NCBI GenBank assembly: GCA_965204335.1
Contig: OZ241982.1
Location: 775,462 to 839,461, forward strand
Direction: 5' to 3'
Length of the DNA stretch: 64,000 bases
Source of the DNA: Dehalococcoidia bacterium
GTDB lineage: Bacteria; Chloroflexota; Dehalococcoidia; Bin125
Shown here: piece by piece, positions 39,208 through 49,748 of the stretch
How the letters are laid out: every line of letters begins with the position of its first letter
How positions within the stretch are numbered: the first letter of the stretch is position 1
Translations under genes and position numbers: made by a program
Notes under the pieces: model-generated
The model's input: only the letters and a program-made list of their open reading frames with translations
What the model was told of the DNA's origin: nothing
Database searches by the model: none

Positions 39208-41142
39208 CTATCCGCGCAGCAGGAAGGCGAGGCCGCCCGCGAGGGCGACGCCGACAACCATCAGCAGCGCGTAATCGGGAATCCGTCCGGTGACGTGGTA
39301 GCGCAGCCAGTATGCGGCGTAGCGCGTCGCGTCGGCCGGAGCATTGATCCCCGTGTCGTTGACAATCATGCGGTCGAACCAGGCCACGATGCGCGCCAGC
39401 GGCAGCATCGCGCGGTCGATGCCCCACTGGTAGGCCTCGTCGAAGTAGAACTTGTTCTCGATCACGGCGGCCAGTCGTGGCTGGAATTCGCGCACCGCCT
39501 GAGCGCGATGCGAGTTGCGGCCCCAGAAGAACCACCAGGCGGTCAGGAACCCGAGCAGCGAGACCGTGCCCGTCACCGCGGCGATCGAATTGGAGAAGTG
39601 GAAGTCATGCGGCTCGGGGAAGTAGACGTAGTTGTTGATGCCGCCGGGGAATCCGAGCGCGTCGCCGACCTGGTCGAAGGCCACAAAGCCGATCAGGAAG
39701 GTGAGGATGGTGAGAAAGACGAGCGGGATCAGGATCGTCGGAGCCGCCTCGCGAGCGCGGCGGATTACGGCGATGTCCTTGGGCGGTCCGAAGAAGGTGA
39801 TGATCACCAGCCGAGCCATGTAGAGCGCCGACAGGAACGCGGCCACCCCCAGCAGGATCGCGACGGCAGTGTTTGCCCCGCCGAGTGTGGCCACGAAGAT
39901 CTCGTCCTTGGAGAAGAATCCGGAGAGCGGCGGGATACCGGCCAGCGCGACCGACGAAATGATGAACGTTGACGCCGTCACCGGCATCCGCCACCAGAGT
40001 CCGCCCAGCTTGCGTGCGTCCTGTTCCTCAGTCATGTGGATCACGGATCCCGAGCCCAGGAAGAGACAGGCTTTGAAGAAGGCGTGCGTCAGCAGATGGA
40101 ACATGGCAATGCCGACGGCGCCGACCCCCAGGGCGACGAACATGAATCCCAGCTGCGACACAGTGGAGTATGCGAGCACTCGCTTGATGTCGTTCTGGGC
40201 GAGAGCCATCATCCCGGCCAACAGCGCGGTCGTCAGCCCGACGGCGAGTACCACGTTGGACGCGCCCGGCGTGACCTCGAAGACCGGCAGCAGTCGAGCG
40301 ACCAGGTAGACGCCGGCCACGACCATCGTGGCGGCGTGGATCAGCGCGGAGACCGGCGTGGGACCTTCCATCGCATCGGGCAGCCAGACGTGGAACGGCA
40401 CCTGGGCCGACTTGCCTGCCGCGCCGAGGAAGAGCATCAACGTCGACAGCGTCAGATAGCCATCGCCCATGACCTGGGGCAGGTCGTTGACGCGGCCAGC
40501 CTCGGCGGCGGCGATGATGTCGGAGATCTGGAAGGAGCCGGTCGCGCGCCAGAACAGGATGATGCCGATGAACAGGCCGACATCCCCGAGTCGCGTCGTG
40601 ACGAAGGCCTTCTTCGCCGCCTCGACGGCCGAGCGGCGCTCGTAGTAGAAGCCGATCAACAGGAATGAGCAGAGGCCCACGCCTTCCCAGGCGACGAACA
40701 TGAGCAGCAGGTTGTCGGCCAGGACCAGGGTCAGCATCATCGCCACGAACAGCGAAAGCACCGCGAAGTACCACCAGTAGCGCGGCTCCGGCTTGCCGTG
40801 ATGGCGCAGATAGTTGGTCGAATAGATGTTGACCATCAGCGCCACGGTCGCGACGACGAAGACCATCACCATCGCGATCGAGTCGACCGTGAAGCCGAGG
40901 CGGACGACGAAGCTGTCGAAGTTGATCCAGTCGGTGCCGACGTTGCGGATCCCACCGAGACCGGCGCCCAGCCAGTCGAGATGCGATTCGAGCACGAAGA
41001 AGAAGAGCACGAACACGGCCAGCGCCGCGCCGACCGAGATGAAGTCGCCGCCGCGCGGCAGCTTGCGGCCGAAGAGGAACAGGACAACGAATGAGATGGC
41101 CGGGATCGCCGGCAATATCCATGCGTGGTCAGCCCAGATCAT
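39208..41142 (-). CDS. nuoL: NADH-quinone oxidoreductase subunit L
   Basis: 644 aa antiporter-like subunit with a long C-terminal helix region. Confidence 0.85.
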   Translation of the reverse strand: MIWADHAWILPAIPAISFVVLFLFGRKLPRGGDFISVGAALAVFVLFFFVLESHLDWLGAGLGGIRNVGTDWINFDSFVVRLGFTVDSIAMVMVFVVATVALMVNIYSTNYLRHHGKPEPRYWWYFAVLSLFVAMMLTLVLADNLLLMFVAWEGVGLCSFLLIGFYYERRSAVEAAKKAFVTTRLGDVGLFIGIILFWRATGSFQISDIIAAAEAGRVNDLPQVMGDGYLTLSTLMLFLGAAGKSAQVPFHVWLPDAMEGPTPVSALIHAATMVVAGVYLVARLLPVFEVTPGASNVVLAVGLTTALLAGMMALAQNDIKRVLAYSTVSQLGFMFVALGVGAVGIAMFHLLTHAFFKACLFLGSGSVIHMTEEQDARKLGGLWWRMPVTASTFIISSVALAGIPPLSGFFSKDEIFVATLGGANTAVAILLGVAAFLSALYMARLVIITFFGPPKDIAVIRRAREAAPTILIPLVFLTILTFLIGFVAFDQVGDALGFPGGINNYVYFPEPHDFHFSNSIAAVTGTVSLLGFLTAWWFFWGRNSHRAQAVREFQPRLAAVIENKFYFDEAYQWGIDRAMLPLARIVAWFDRMIVNDTGINAPADATRYAAYWLRYHVTGRIPDYALLMVVGVALAGGLAFLLRG

Positions 41143-41170
41143 CAGCGCGTGCTCCCAATCACCGTTCGAG

Positions 41171-41485
41171 CTACCACTTGAGGAGATTCACTTCATCGAC
41201 GTTGGCCGTGGCTCGGTTGCGGAAGGTCCGCACGACGATGCCCAACGCCAGCGCCACCTCGGCGGCGGCGATGACGATGATGAAGAAGGCGAAGACGACG
41301 CCCGTGATGTTGCCGAAGTCGACGCGTCCGTAGACCGCGAACGCGACCATGTTCAGCGACACGGCGTTGAGCATCAACTCGACTGAGAGCAGGATCAGCA
41401 CGGCGTTGCGGCGGGTCAGGACGCCCATCGCGCCGATGGCGAAGAGGATCGCGTTGACCACGAGGATGTGCTCGAGGGCCGGCAT
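41171..41485 (-). CDS. nuoK: NADH-quinone oxidoreductase subunit K
   Basis: 104 aa, three transmembrane helices, conserved Glu residues. Confidence 0.85.
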   Translation of the reverse strand: MPALEHILVVNAILFAIGAMGVLTRRNAVLILLSVELMLNAVSLNMVAFAVYGRVDFGNITGVVFAFFIIVIAAAEVALALGIVVRTFRNRATANVDEVNLLKW

Positions 41486-42003
41486 CAGTTGTCGTCCTCA
41501 TCAGGTGAGGCGAGCATGATCGCGCCGTCCAGCGCAATCGAGAGCAGCACGCCGACGATGATGAAGGGCACGATCCAGACCGTGAAGATGGCGTCGCCGA
41601 TCTCTTGCAGACCGACGGGCTCCATGGCCGATGTGCTTTCCGGCGTGACCCAGGTCGTGGCGACGATCCCGCCGATCAGGGCGGCCATCAGGCCGAGTGA
41701 AGCGGCAATGCCCAACGGTCGGGAACGCCCGAACAACGCTTGCGGGCGTTCTCTCGCTCTGGTCAGCATGAGCGCGAACAGGATCAGGATGACCACCGCG
41801 GAGCCGTAGATCAGGAGCTGGACCAGGGCGATGAACTCGACGGTGAGGATCAGGTAGATGCCGGCCACGCCGGCCAGCGCAGCGATGAAGAACAGCGCGG
41901 CGTAGACGATATTGCCCGCTGTGATCACGCCGATCGCGGAGACCAGCATGACCACGGCCAGGATCCAGAACACCACCTGAGTCGCGGTGACGCCGTCCTC
42001 CAC
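41485..42003 (-). CDS. nuoJ: NADH-quinone oxidoreductase subunit J
   Basis: 172 aa membrane subunit. Follows nuoH directly, with no nuoI between. Confidence 0.8.
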   Translation of the reverse strand: MEDGVTATQVVFWILAVVMLVSAIGVITAGNIVYAALFFIAALAGVAGIYLILTVEFIALVQLLIYGSAVVILILFALMLTRARERPQALFGRSRPLGIAASLGLMAALIGGIVATTWVTPESTSAMEPVGLQEIGDAIFTVWIVPFIIVGVLLSIALDGAIMLASPDEDDN

Positions 42004-42030
42004 GCGCTTGCTCCTCTTCTCGTCTGTCCG

Positions 42031-43239
42031 TTAGTCGCCGCCGGCCTCGACCGGGGTGACCTCGGGAGCGGTAATCACGCGCGGCGTCGCCGGCGTGGTC
42101 TGAACGGTTCGAGTGCCCGCGCCCTGCTTGCGACGCATGATGTAGAAGACCAATCCACCCAGCGCGACCAGCAGGCCGAACGAGACCAGACCCACCACCC
42201 AGTCGGCGCCGCCGTAGGCGAGGATGATCCCGTTGGCGATCACCTGGACGATCGCGAAGGGCAGCAGCACCTTCCAGGAGAACGCCATCAACTGATCGAT
42301 GCGCAGGCGCGGGAACAGCGCCCGCGAGCCGATCACGAGCACGATCATCACAGATGTCTTGACGAACGTCAGCACGATCTGCAGGCCCAGCCCGACATCC
42401 GCGCCGAAGGGCCAATTCCAGCCGCCGAGGAAGAGCGACGAGGCGAGCACCACGAGCAGGAAGAGCGCCGTGTACTCGGCCAGGAAGAACATCCCCCAGC
42501 GCATCCCGGAATATTCGACGAAGTAGCCGCCCACGACTTCCGACTCGGCAATCGGCATGTCGAATGGCGGGCGATGCAGTTCGGCCAGCATGCCGACGAT
42601 GAAGATGAAGAAGCCCAGCGGCTGCAGGAGGATGTACGGCGTCGTCGTCTGATCGCCGACGATCGCGTTGATCGAACCGGCGGCCGAGGCGTCGCCGTCG
42701 ACGGCGATTCGTCCGGCGGCGACCATCACGACGGCAACGATGATCAGCAGCATCGGGATCTCATAGGAAATCGCCTGCGCTGCGGCCCGCACGCCGCCGA
42801 GCAGGGCGTACTTGTTGTCCGAGCCCCAGGCAGCCATCACCACGCCGACGATGTTCAGTCCCAGGACGCCGAAGACGAAGAGCAATCCGAGATTGAGGTC
42901 GCGGATGAACCACGTCTCCGTAAACGGCATCGGCACAAAGACGAGGAAGACCGGCACAAAGGCCATGTACGGCGCGAGCTCGAACGCCCAGCGATCGGCG
43001 GTGATTGGCCGGACATCTTCCTTGGTGACGAGCTTGAGCGCATCGGCGATCGATTGCAGCGTGCCAATCGGACCGGTGCGGGTTGGACCAACGCGGGCCT
43101 GGAAGCGGGCCAGGATCTTGCGCTCGAGGTAGATCAGCGCGAACGCCATGATCGTCATCAAGGCGACGATGAAGATGACGCGCAACAGCGCGTCGATCCA
43201 ATCGGGCATGCTGACGCCGGCGAACTCGCTCAGGACCAT
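42031..43239 (-). CDS. nuoH: NADH-quinone oxidoreductase subunit H, with a C-terminal extension of about 40 aa
   Basis: Conserved ND1 core (ERKILARFQ.R.GP). Extra Thr/Pro-rich C-terminal tail. Confidence 0.85.
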   Translation of the reverse strand: MVLSEFAGVSMPDWIDALLRVIFIVALMTIMAFALIYLERKILARFQARVGPTRTGPIGTLQSIADALKLVTKEDVRPITADRWAFELAPYMAFVPVFLVFVPMPFTETWFIRDLNLGLLFVFGVLGLNIVGVVMAAWGSDNKYALLGGVRAAAQAISYEIPMLLIIVAVVMVAAGRIAVDGDASAAGSINAIVGDQTTTPYILLQPLGFFIFIVGMLAELHRPPFDMPIAESEVVGGYFVEYSGMRWGMFFLAEYTALFLLVVLASSLFLGGWNWPFGADVGLGLQIVLTFVKTSVMIVLVIGSRALFPRLRIDQLMAFSWKVLLPFAIVQVIANGIILAYGGADWVVGLVSFGLLVALGGLVFYIMRRKQGAGTRTVQTTPATPRVITAPEVTPVEAGGD

Positions 43240-43304
43240 CTAGGCCATCCCCACGGGCTGCTCTGGCTGCCCACGCAGGTTACACGCGATTCCGCTTACG
43301 ACCA

Positions 43305-44483
43305 TTAGCGGTCAACCTCGCAGAGCACGATGTCGATCGAACCGAGCGCCACCACGGCGTCGGCGAGGTAGGTGTTGATCACCTGCGGCTTCAGCGAGGA
43401 GAGGTTGTGGAAGCATGGTGAGCGCATCTTCACGCGCCACGGCTTGTCGGTCCCGTCGGAGACCATGTAGATGCCGTACTCGCCGCGCGGATTCTCCTGG
43501 CGCATGTAGATCTCGCCGGGCGGAGGACGCAGACGGGCCGGCATTCGCTCCGGCTCGATCGCACCCGAGGTTGGCATCTGGTCGAGCGCCTGGCGCAGGA
43601 TCGTGACCGACTGGCGCATCTCTTCGAGCCGCACGAGATAACGGTCGTAGACGTCGCCGCGCTCGCCGACCGGAATCTCCCAGTGGAAGCGGTCGTAAAT
43701 CGAGTAGGGCTCGTCGACCCGCAGATCGAACGGCACGCCTGAGGCTCTCAGCATCGGGCCGGTGACGCCGAACGAGATTGCTTCTTCGGCCGTCATCGCA
43801 CCGACATCGCGGCAACGGGCGACAAAGACCTCGTTGTTGGTCATCAGGTCGTCCACGTCTGAGATCCCGATTTCAACCTGGTCGAGCACCCAGTGCGAGT
43901 CCTCGATGAAGGTCTCATGCGGCTCCCAGGCGAGCCCGCCGACGCGGAAGTAGTTGTACATGATCCGGTCGCCGCAGACCGCTTCGAACAGGTCCTGGAT
44001 GCGTTCGCGCTCCTTGAACGTCCAGGTGAACGCGGTACCGAAGTAGCCCACGTCGGTGCCGAATGCGCCCATGAACATGAAGTGCGAGAGCAGCCGGTTG
44101 AACTCGGCCAGGATCAGGCGGACGTACTCGGCCCGCTCTGGAATCTCGATCCCGGCCAGGCGCTCGACGGCGTTGACGTAGACCCACTCGGAGTTAAACG
44201 CGGCGAGATAGTCGGTGCGGTCCTGGTAGCCCAAGGCGCCGCGATAGTCGAGATTCTCGGACAGCTTCTCTCCGCCGCGGTGCATGTAGCCGATGTACGG
44301 GATCGCGTCCTTGACGATCTCGCCGTCCACGGTCAGCACCATGCGGAAGACGCCGTGCGTCGCCGGGTGCTGCGGCCCGATGTTGATGTTCATGTCGACG
44401 GTTTCGAACTCGCGCTCGACGACGACGGGTTCGGTGAGTACTTCACCTTCAACGGTTCGCTGGACCATGGGGGCTACTCCCAA
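43305..44483 (-). CDS. nuoD: NADH-quinone oxidoreductase subunit D
   Basis: 49-kDa subunit, NiFe-hydrogenase large-subunit fold (MNINIGPQHPATHG). Confidence 0.9.
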   Translation of the reverse strand: MGVAPMVQRTVEGEVLTEPVVVEREFETVDMNINIGPQHPATHGVFRMVLTVDGEIVKDAIPYIGYMHRGGEKLSENLDYRGALGYQDRTDYLAAFNSEWVYVNAVERLAGIEIPERAEYVRLILAEFNRLLSHFMFMGAFGTDVGYFGTAFTWTFKERERIQDLFEAVCGDRIMYNYFRVGGLAWEPHETFIEDSHWVLDQVEIGISDVDDLMTNNEVFVARCRDVGAMTAEEAISFGVTGPMLRASGVPFDLRVDEPYSIYDRFHWEIPVGERGDVYDRYLVRLEEMRQSVTILRQALDQMPTSGAIEPERMPARLRPPPGEIYMRQENPRGEYGIYMVSDGTDKPWRVKMRSPCFHNLSSLKPQVINTYLADAVVALGSIDIVLCEVDR

Positions 44484-44543
44484 ATCCTCGTCGTGTTCAT
44501 CGTCATGTCGCGACCGTCAACCCCTCTGGCAATCGAGTGCCGA

Positions 44544-45548
44544 CTACTCGCCGCGCAACTGGGCGCGTCGGGCGGCGGCAAGCTCGCGGCCGAGTCTGAC
44601 CCGTTCTGATTGCGCGGCAGCGCGGCCTTCGGGATCTTCTTCGGCGTCGGGGATCGTCGGCAGTTCGGGCGGCGGCGGCGCCGGCGGACGGTCGTCCTGG
44701 GCAGGAGCCGCCGACGGCGCAGCCTCGGCCGCCGCGGGAGCGGCGGCCGGAGCCGCGGCCGGGCGCGGCGGCGGCGCGGCGCCCTCGGGTCGCGGACCGC
44801 CGGCAGGCGGCGCGCCGGCCAGGCGCTCGGCCCGGCGCACAGCGGCGAGCTCTCGGGCGCGGCGGACGCGCTCGGCCTGCTCGGCCCGGCGCTCCTCGCG
44901 CTCCTCTTCGGTCATGTCCTCGACCCGCTTGCGTTCGGGCGCGGCGGCGGCGGCCGCTTCCGGAGCCGCCTCTTCCTCCTCCGCCGGCTCCGGCGGTGGG
45001 TACTCCTTGGTGAAAAACTCGACATCGACGCCCTGCTCCATCTCGATCGGCGCGAGCGGATGGCTCTTGCGCAACGGATGGATGTCGAGGTCTTCGTCGA
45101 GCAGCAGGTTGCGCGGATCGGGATGGCCGATGAACTCGATCCCGAACATCTCGCGGCATTCGCGCTCGGCCCAGTCGGCCATCTCGTAGATGTCGGTCAC
45201 CGACTCGACGACCGCGCCGTCGGATGGAAGCCAGGCCTTGATCGTGACGGCCTGGCGCAGCGGAATCGAGTAGAGGTGATAGACGATCTCGAGGCCGCGA
45301 TCTTCCCAGTCGACCGCGGTTTGATTGCGCAGCAGGTTCATCTGCAGACGCTCGTCCTCGCGGCCGCGCTCGAGCACCTCGTGGATCGAGTCGGGAGGAA
45401 TCGTCAGCGCGACGTCGTCGCCCTTGGTCAGCGCCGCGTCGAAACTGACGAGCGGCATGACCTCGCGATAGGTGTCGGCGATCGAACCGGGAGGCGGCTC
45501 GTGACTCGGCGGTTCCTCGGGTGCGGCCGGCGTACGACGTGACGTCAT
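44544..45548 (-). CDS. nuoC: NADH-quinone oxidoreductase subunit C, with a low-complexity C-terminal extension of about 150 aa
   Basis: 30-kDa subunit core, then an Ala/Pro/Glu/Arg-rich tail containing two copies of an ER.RRA.ELAA.RRA.L motif. Confidence 0.8.
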   Translation of the reverse strand: MTSRRTPAAPEEPPSHEPPPGSIADTYREVMPLVSFDAALTKGDDVALTIPPDSIHEVLERGREDERLQMNLLRNQTAVDWEDRGLEIVYHLYSIPLRQAVTIKAWLPSDGAVVESVTDIYEMADWAERECREMFGIEFIGHPDPRNLLLDEDLDIHPLRKSHPLAPIEMEQGVDVEFFTKEYPPPEPAEEEEAAPEAAAAAAPERKRVEDMTEEEREERRAEQAERVRRARELAAVRRAERLAGAPPAGGPRPEGAAPPPRPAAAPAAAPAAAEAAPSAAPAQDDRPPAPPPPELPTIPDAEEDPEGRAAAQSERVRLGRELAAARRAQLRGE

Positions 45549-45554
45549 GGTTGG

Positions 45555-46127
45555 TTAGTAACCCCGCGCGCGTTCTTCGACGATCTTCTCCTGCAGGGCA
45601 AGCAAGCCGTCGATCAGAGCTTCGGGACGGGGCGGGCAACCGGGCACGTAGACATCGACCGGGACAATATTGTCGACGCCCTGCACGACGCGGTCGTACT
45701 GGGTGTAGGGGCCGCCGTTGGTCGCGCAGGCGCCCATCGAGATCACCCATTTGGGGTGCGGCATCTGCTCGTAGAGCAGCTTGACCGCCGGGGCCATCTT
45801 CTTGGTCACCGTGCCCGCCACGATCATCACATCGGACTGGCGCGGAGACGGCCAGGGCACGATTCCGAAGCGGTCGAGGTCGTGATTGGCCATGTAGGTG
45901 GCGATCATCTCGATCGCGCAGCAGGCGAGTCCGAAGGTCATCGGCCAGAGCGATGACTTGCGCGCCGCCGAGATCAGCGCCTCCGCCGGCGCCTGCATCA
46001 CCCCGGGCAGCACGACCTTGTACGGGACCGTCGGAGGCTGGTCGTCGATCGCCTGCAAGCGCAGCGATTCCGGCGAGATGATCACAGGCGTGGGATCGCC
46101 CATATGTGGTGGCTGGGAGGTCGTCAT
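45555..46127 (-). CDS. nuoB: NADH-quinone oxidoreductase subunit B
   Basis: N2 cluster Cys ligands (GLACCAIEM...). 20-kDa subunit. Confidence 0.9.
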   Translation of the reverse strand: MTTSQPPHMGDPTPVIISPESLRLQAIDDQPPTVPYKVVLPGVMQAPAEALISAARKSSLWPMTFGLACCAIEMIATYMANHDLDRFGIVPWPSPRQSDVMIVAGTVTKKMAPAVKLLYEQMPHPKWVISMGACATNGGPYTQYDRVVQGVDNIVPVDVYVPGCPPRPEALIDGLLALQEKIVEERARGY

Positions 46128-46152
46128 ACGCCGCGTCTCGCTGTCTGTTCCA

Positions 46153-46542
46153 TCAGTTTCGTTGCCAGTCGAACACGCCCTTGCGCCAGGCGTAGGCCAG
46201 CGCGATCAGCAGCGTGCCGATGAAGAGAACCATCTGCCAGAGAATCACCTTGCCGAACTCGGGCTCGTCCATCAGGCCGAGGAAAGACACGGCCCAGGGC
46301 AAGAGGAAGACGACCTCCACATCGAACACGAGAAACAGCAACGCATAGGTGTAGTAGCGGACGTGGACCTGGGCCCAGTTGCGGCCGATCGGCAGCATGC
46401 CGCATTCGTAGACTTGGCCCTTGAGCGCCGTGCGCCGCTGCGGAGCGAGCAGCTTGGTCGCCAGCAGCGCCGTCAGGACGAGCATGATCCCCACGGGGAT
46501 CGCGACCAGGACCGCGCCATAGTTCTCGAACAGCTCAGACAC
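46153..46542 (-). CDS. nuoA: NADH-quinone oxidoreductase subunit A
   Basis: 129 aa, three transmembrane helices. First gene of the operon. Confidence 0.85.
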   Translation of the reverse strand: MSELFENYGAVLVAIPVGIMLVLTALLATKLLAPQRRTALKGQVYECGMLPIGRNWAQVHVRYYTYALLFLVFDVEVVFLLPWAVSFLGLMDEPEFGKVILWQMVLFIGTLLIALAYAWRKGVFDWQRN

Positions 46543-46656
46543 GTCTACCTGCCGTCACCCGCTCTGAAAATGCGCACCAGATTCCCCAGTGCGAACAGAT
46601 CGTACCCGCGCGGCATAATCAGGGTCAATGTTTGGCCGACGAAACAGGCGAGCCCA

Positions 46657-46714
46657 TCCTCCGATCCCATCTCCCCCCGCTGTGCGGGGGGAGATGCCGA
46701 AGGCAGAGGGGGGC
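46657..46714. repeat. Module B interspersed repeat upstream of the nuo operon
   Basis: cctccgatcccatctccccccgctgtgcggggggagatgccgaaggcagaggggggc. Near-identical to 6078..6137 apart from the loop. Confidence 0.85.
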
Positions 46715-46766
46715 AGCGGCTTTGCCCACAGGTCGGCAGTGGAGTTGCTTGCAAAGGATGTCGAAG

Positions 46767-47258
46767 TCAGGGCGTAAGTCCAAGATCACTTTCATACTTG
46801 AACTCGATCGTCTCATTCACATCCTCGAGCTCCCGCGAGCCGGTCTTCACGTAGCCCAGACGCTCGTACAGCCGATGCGCATCCTCAAACCGCGTGTCCG
46901 ACCATAACTCGATCCGCCACGCCCCATGCTCGCGAGCCCACGCGACCCCGGTCTCAAACAACCGCCGGCCCAGTCCTCGCCCGCGCAGATGCGCGTCCAG
47001 ATAGAGCCGGTGCAACTCCACGGTCGGCCCATCGACCCGCTCCGCCGCAATCGAGCCCACCACAGCGCCGTCCCCGTCGCGCATGACCCACATCGCGCCG
47101 ATCGGCGAGCGGTACGGAAACGCCTGCTCCTCGGCCAGCAGATCCCAGAACTCATCCTCGGGATCCCAGATGAACCCGTACTCGTCGAAGACCCGGTGGA
47201 TCAGCTCGATCACCTCAGGCGCGGCTTCGTAGCCAGCCGGCTCTATCTGGAAGCTCAT
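46767..47258 (-). CDS. GNAT family N-acetyltransferase
   Basis: 163 aa with acetyl-CoA binding motif (RGRGLGRRLFE). Confidence 0.75.
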   Translation of the reverse strand: MSFQIEPAGYEAAPEVIELIHRVFDEYGFIWDPEDEFWDLLAEEQAFPYRSPIGAMWVMRDGDGAVVGSIAAERVDGPTVELHRLYLDAHLRGRGLGRRLFETGVAWAREHGAWRIELWSDTRFEDAHRLYERLGYVKTGSRELEDVNETIEFKYESDLGLTP

Positions 47259-47327
47259 GGCGCGTTACTCTGCTGCTGTAGACGACCACGTTCAGATCAA
47301 GTGCATTGCGCACGTGAGGAGCACGAT

Positions 47328-48470
47328 ATGGGACCGCTCAGCGGCATTCGCATCATTGAATTCCAGGGCATCGGACCGGGCCCCTTCTGCGGCATGATCC
47401 TGTCCGACATGGGCGCCGACATCGTCCGCATCGACCGCGCCTCGAACGCTCCGGGTGAAGCGCCGGCCAATCCGCCCGGTGACCTGCTCGCCCGCGGCCG
47501 GCGCTCGATCGCGCTCGACCTCAAGAACCCCGAGGGCGTCGAGGTCGCGCTCAAGCTGATCGAAGGCGCCGACGCGCTCTTCGAGGGCTTCCGTCCGGGC
47601 GTGATGGAACGTCTGGGTCTGGGCCCGGACGTCTGCCTCGAGCGCAATCCCAAGATCGTCTACGGACGCATGACCGGCTGGGGTCAGGAAGGTCCGTACG
47701 CGCAGATGGCCGGCCACGACATCAACTACATCTCGCTGGCCGGTGCGCTGGCCCCGATCGCGCGCAAGGGACAGGTTCCGGTGCCGCCGCTCAACCTGGT
47801 CGGCGACTTCGGCGGCGGCGGCATGTACCTCGCCGTCGGCATGCTCGGCGCCCTGATCGAAGCGCAGCGCTCGGGCAAGGGCCAGGTCGTCGACGCAGCC
47901 ATGGTCGACGGCGCATCCTCGCTGATCACCTCCGTCCACGCCGGACTCGCGACCGGCAGCTGGCGGCGCGGACGCGCGGCCAACGTGCTCGACACCGGCG
48001 CGCACTTCTACGACGCCTACGAGACGCTGGACGGAAAGTTCGTCTCGATCGGCTCGATCGAGCCGCAGTTCTACGCCGAGCTGCTGCACCTGCTCGGCCT
48101 CGAGAACGAGGAGCTCCCGCACCAGATGGACAACACCCGCTGGCCCGAGCTCAAGGATCGCGTGACCGCCATCTTCCGCACCAAGACCCGCGCCGAGTGG
48201 GAAACCATCTTCGAGGGCTCCGACGTCTGCTTCGGCCCCGTCCTCGAACCGTGGGAAGCCCCCAACCACCCGCACGCCAAGGCCCGTGGAGCATTCGAAG
48301 AGGTCGCCGGCGTCGTCCAACCCGCCCCAGCCCCGCGCTTTAGCCGCACCGAATCGAAGATCCAGGGCCCGCCCGCCTACCCGGGCGAGCACACCGACGA
48401 GATCCTCGCCGAAATCGGCCTCAACGGCTCCCAGGGGGAACAACTCAAAACCGCCGGCGCCGTCGCCTGA
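47328..48470 (+). CDS. CoA-transferase family III protein (CaiB/BaiF / alpha-methylacyl-CoA racemase-like)
   Basis: N-terminus GIRIIEFQGIGPGPFCGMILSDMGADIVRIDR and catalytic Asp region. GAGGAG Shine-Dalgarno upstream of the ATG at 47328. Confidence 0.85.
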   Translation: MGPLSGIRIIEFQGIGPGPFCGMILSDMGADIVRIDRASNAPGEAPANPPGDLLARGRRSIALDLKNPEGVEVALKLIEGADALFEGFRPGVMERLGLGPDVCLERNPKIVYGRMTGWGQEGPYAQMAGHDINYISLAGALAPIARKGQVPVPPLNLVGDFGGGGMYLAVGMLGALIEAQRSGKGQVVDAAMVDGASSLITSVHAGLATGSWRRGRAANVLDTGAHFYDAYETLDGKFVSIGSIEPQFYAELLHLLGLENEELPHQMDNTRWPELKDRVTAIFRTKTRAEWETIFEGSDVCFGPVLEPWEAPNHPHAKARGAFEEVAGVVQPAPAPRFSRTESKIQGPPAYPGEHTDEILAEIGLNGSQGEQLKTAGAVA

Positions 48471-48506
48471 CGCATTGATTCGCACGGACGACTACGACCT
48501 GACGAC

Positions 48507-48676
48507 TCCCTCTCTCCCCCCGCTCCGCGGGGGGAGATGCCGAAAGCCCGCCCCCGGCCTGAACGGGGGGCAGAGGGGGCTCCCGCCAGGCAACCAACAG
48601 CCACCTCCCTCTCCCTCCGGGAGCGAGAAACCGAACCTCCCTCTCCCCCTGGGAGAGGGCCGGGGTGAGGGCTCCG
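48507..48676. repeat. Composite repeat cluster (module B, a cccccggcctgaacgggggg hairpin, ctccctccgggag, module C)
   Basis: tccctctctccccccgctccgcggggggagatgccgaaagcc ... cctctccccctgggagagggccggggtgagggctcc. Confidence 0.85.
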
Positions 48677-48690
48677 GAAAGCAACACCCA

Positions 48691-49737
48691 ATGGCCTCAA
48701 TCACCGACTACCGCCTCTACCCCGCCATCCAGGCCCAACCATCCGAGTGCGCCAAGCTCCTCAGCAGCGCCCAACCCTTCGACCGCGCGGCCCAAACCCT
48801 CTCGGACGCCTCCCGCGTCTGGACCGTCGGCATCGGCACCTCGTTCAACGCCGCCAACGCCGCCAGTTGGATGCTGCGCGCCGCCGGACTCGAAGCGCGC
48901 CCGCTCACGAGCTTCGAGTTCGCCACCTGGCCGACGGTCACCGACGGCGACGCCGTTCTCCTCTTCGCCCACACCGGCCGCAAGACCTACAGCGGCAACT
49001 CGCTGGCGCTCTGCATTGAGCGCGGCATCCCCGTCGTGCTGATCACCAGGGTCGAGACCGAATTCGACCTCGACTCCTTGCCCGACAGCGTGACCGTGCT
49101 GCACACGACCACGCAGGACCCGTCCTCGATGTACACGATCTCCCACACCACGGCGATGTCCGCGGCGGCGAAGATCGCCGACCTCGTCTCACCCGGCGCG
49201 ATAGGCGATATCTCGGAGATTCCATCGGCGCTCGCCTCGGCACTCGCACTGGAGGACGAAATTGCGGAGTTGGCGTCCGAGTGGTCGTCGGGGGCAATAG
49301 TCGCCCTGGGCGCAGGACCGATGTTGACCGCCGCCGAGGAGGCGCACATCAAGATCGCCGAAGCCGCGCGCCGCGCCGTCCGTCACCAGGAGCCGGAGTC
49401 CTTCCTCCACGGCCCCGTCGTCCAGATCACCGACTCCGACCGTATCCTCACCTTCGCCGCCAACGACGACTCGGCCGACCGGACCCGCGCGATCACGCAG
49501 TTGACGATGGACAACGGCTGCTCAGCCGCCTGGGTCGCGCCCGAGAGCGTGTCCGCCCCCGAATCCGCGCGTCACCTCACGCTGGCCGACCTAACACCTG
49601 AGTTGCTCGCGATCCCCGCCGTCGTCCCCGCGCAGCTGCTCGCCGGCCACCTCGCCGCCAACGACGGCGTCAACGCCGACGACTTCCGCACCGACGTCCC
49701 CGAGTTCCGCCAGGCGCTCTCAAAGCTGTCGCTCTAG
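48691..49737 (+). CDS. SIS (sugar isomerase) domain protein, AgaS/GlmS-isomerase-like
   Basis: Two SIS-like halves (VWTVGIGTSFNAANAASW; IVALGAGPMLTAAEEAHIK). ATG at 48691 just after the repeat cluster. Confidence 0.75.
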   Translation: MASITDYRLYPAIQAQPSECAKLLSSAQPFDRAAQTLSDASRVWTVGIGTSFNAANAASWMLRAAGLEARPLTSFEFATWPTVTDGDAVLLFAHTGRKTYSGNSLALCIERGIPVVLITRVETEFDLDSLPDSVTVLHTTTQDPSSMYTISHTTAMSAAAKIADLVSPGAIGDISEIPSALASALALEDEIAELASEWSSGAIVALGAGPMLTAAEEAHIKIAEAARRAVRHQEPESFLHGPVVQITDSDRILTFAANDDSADRTRAITQLTMDNGCSAAWVAPESVSAPESARHLTLADLTPELLAIPAVVPAQLLAGHLAANDGVNADDFRTDVPEFRQALSKLSL

Positions 49738-49748
49738 CGACCAGCCGT

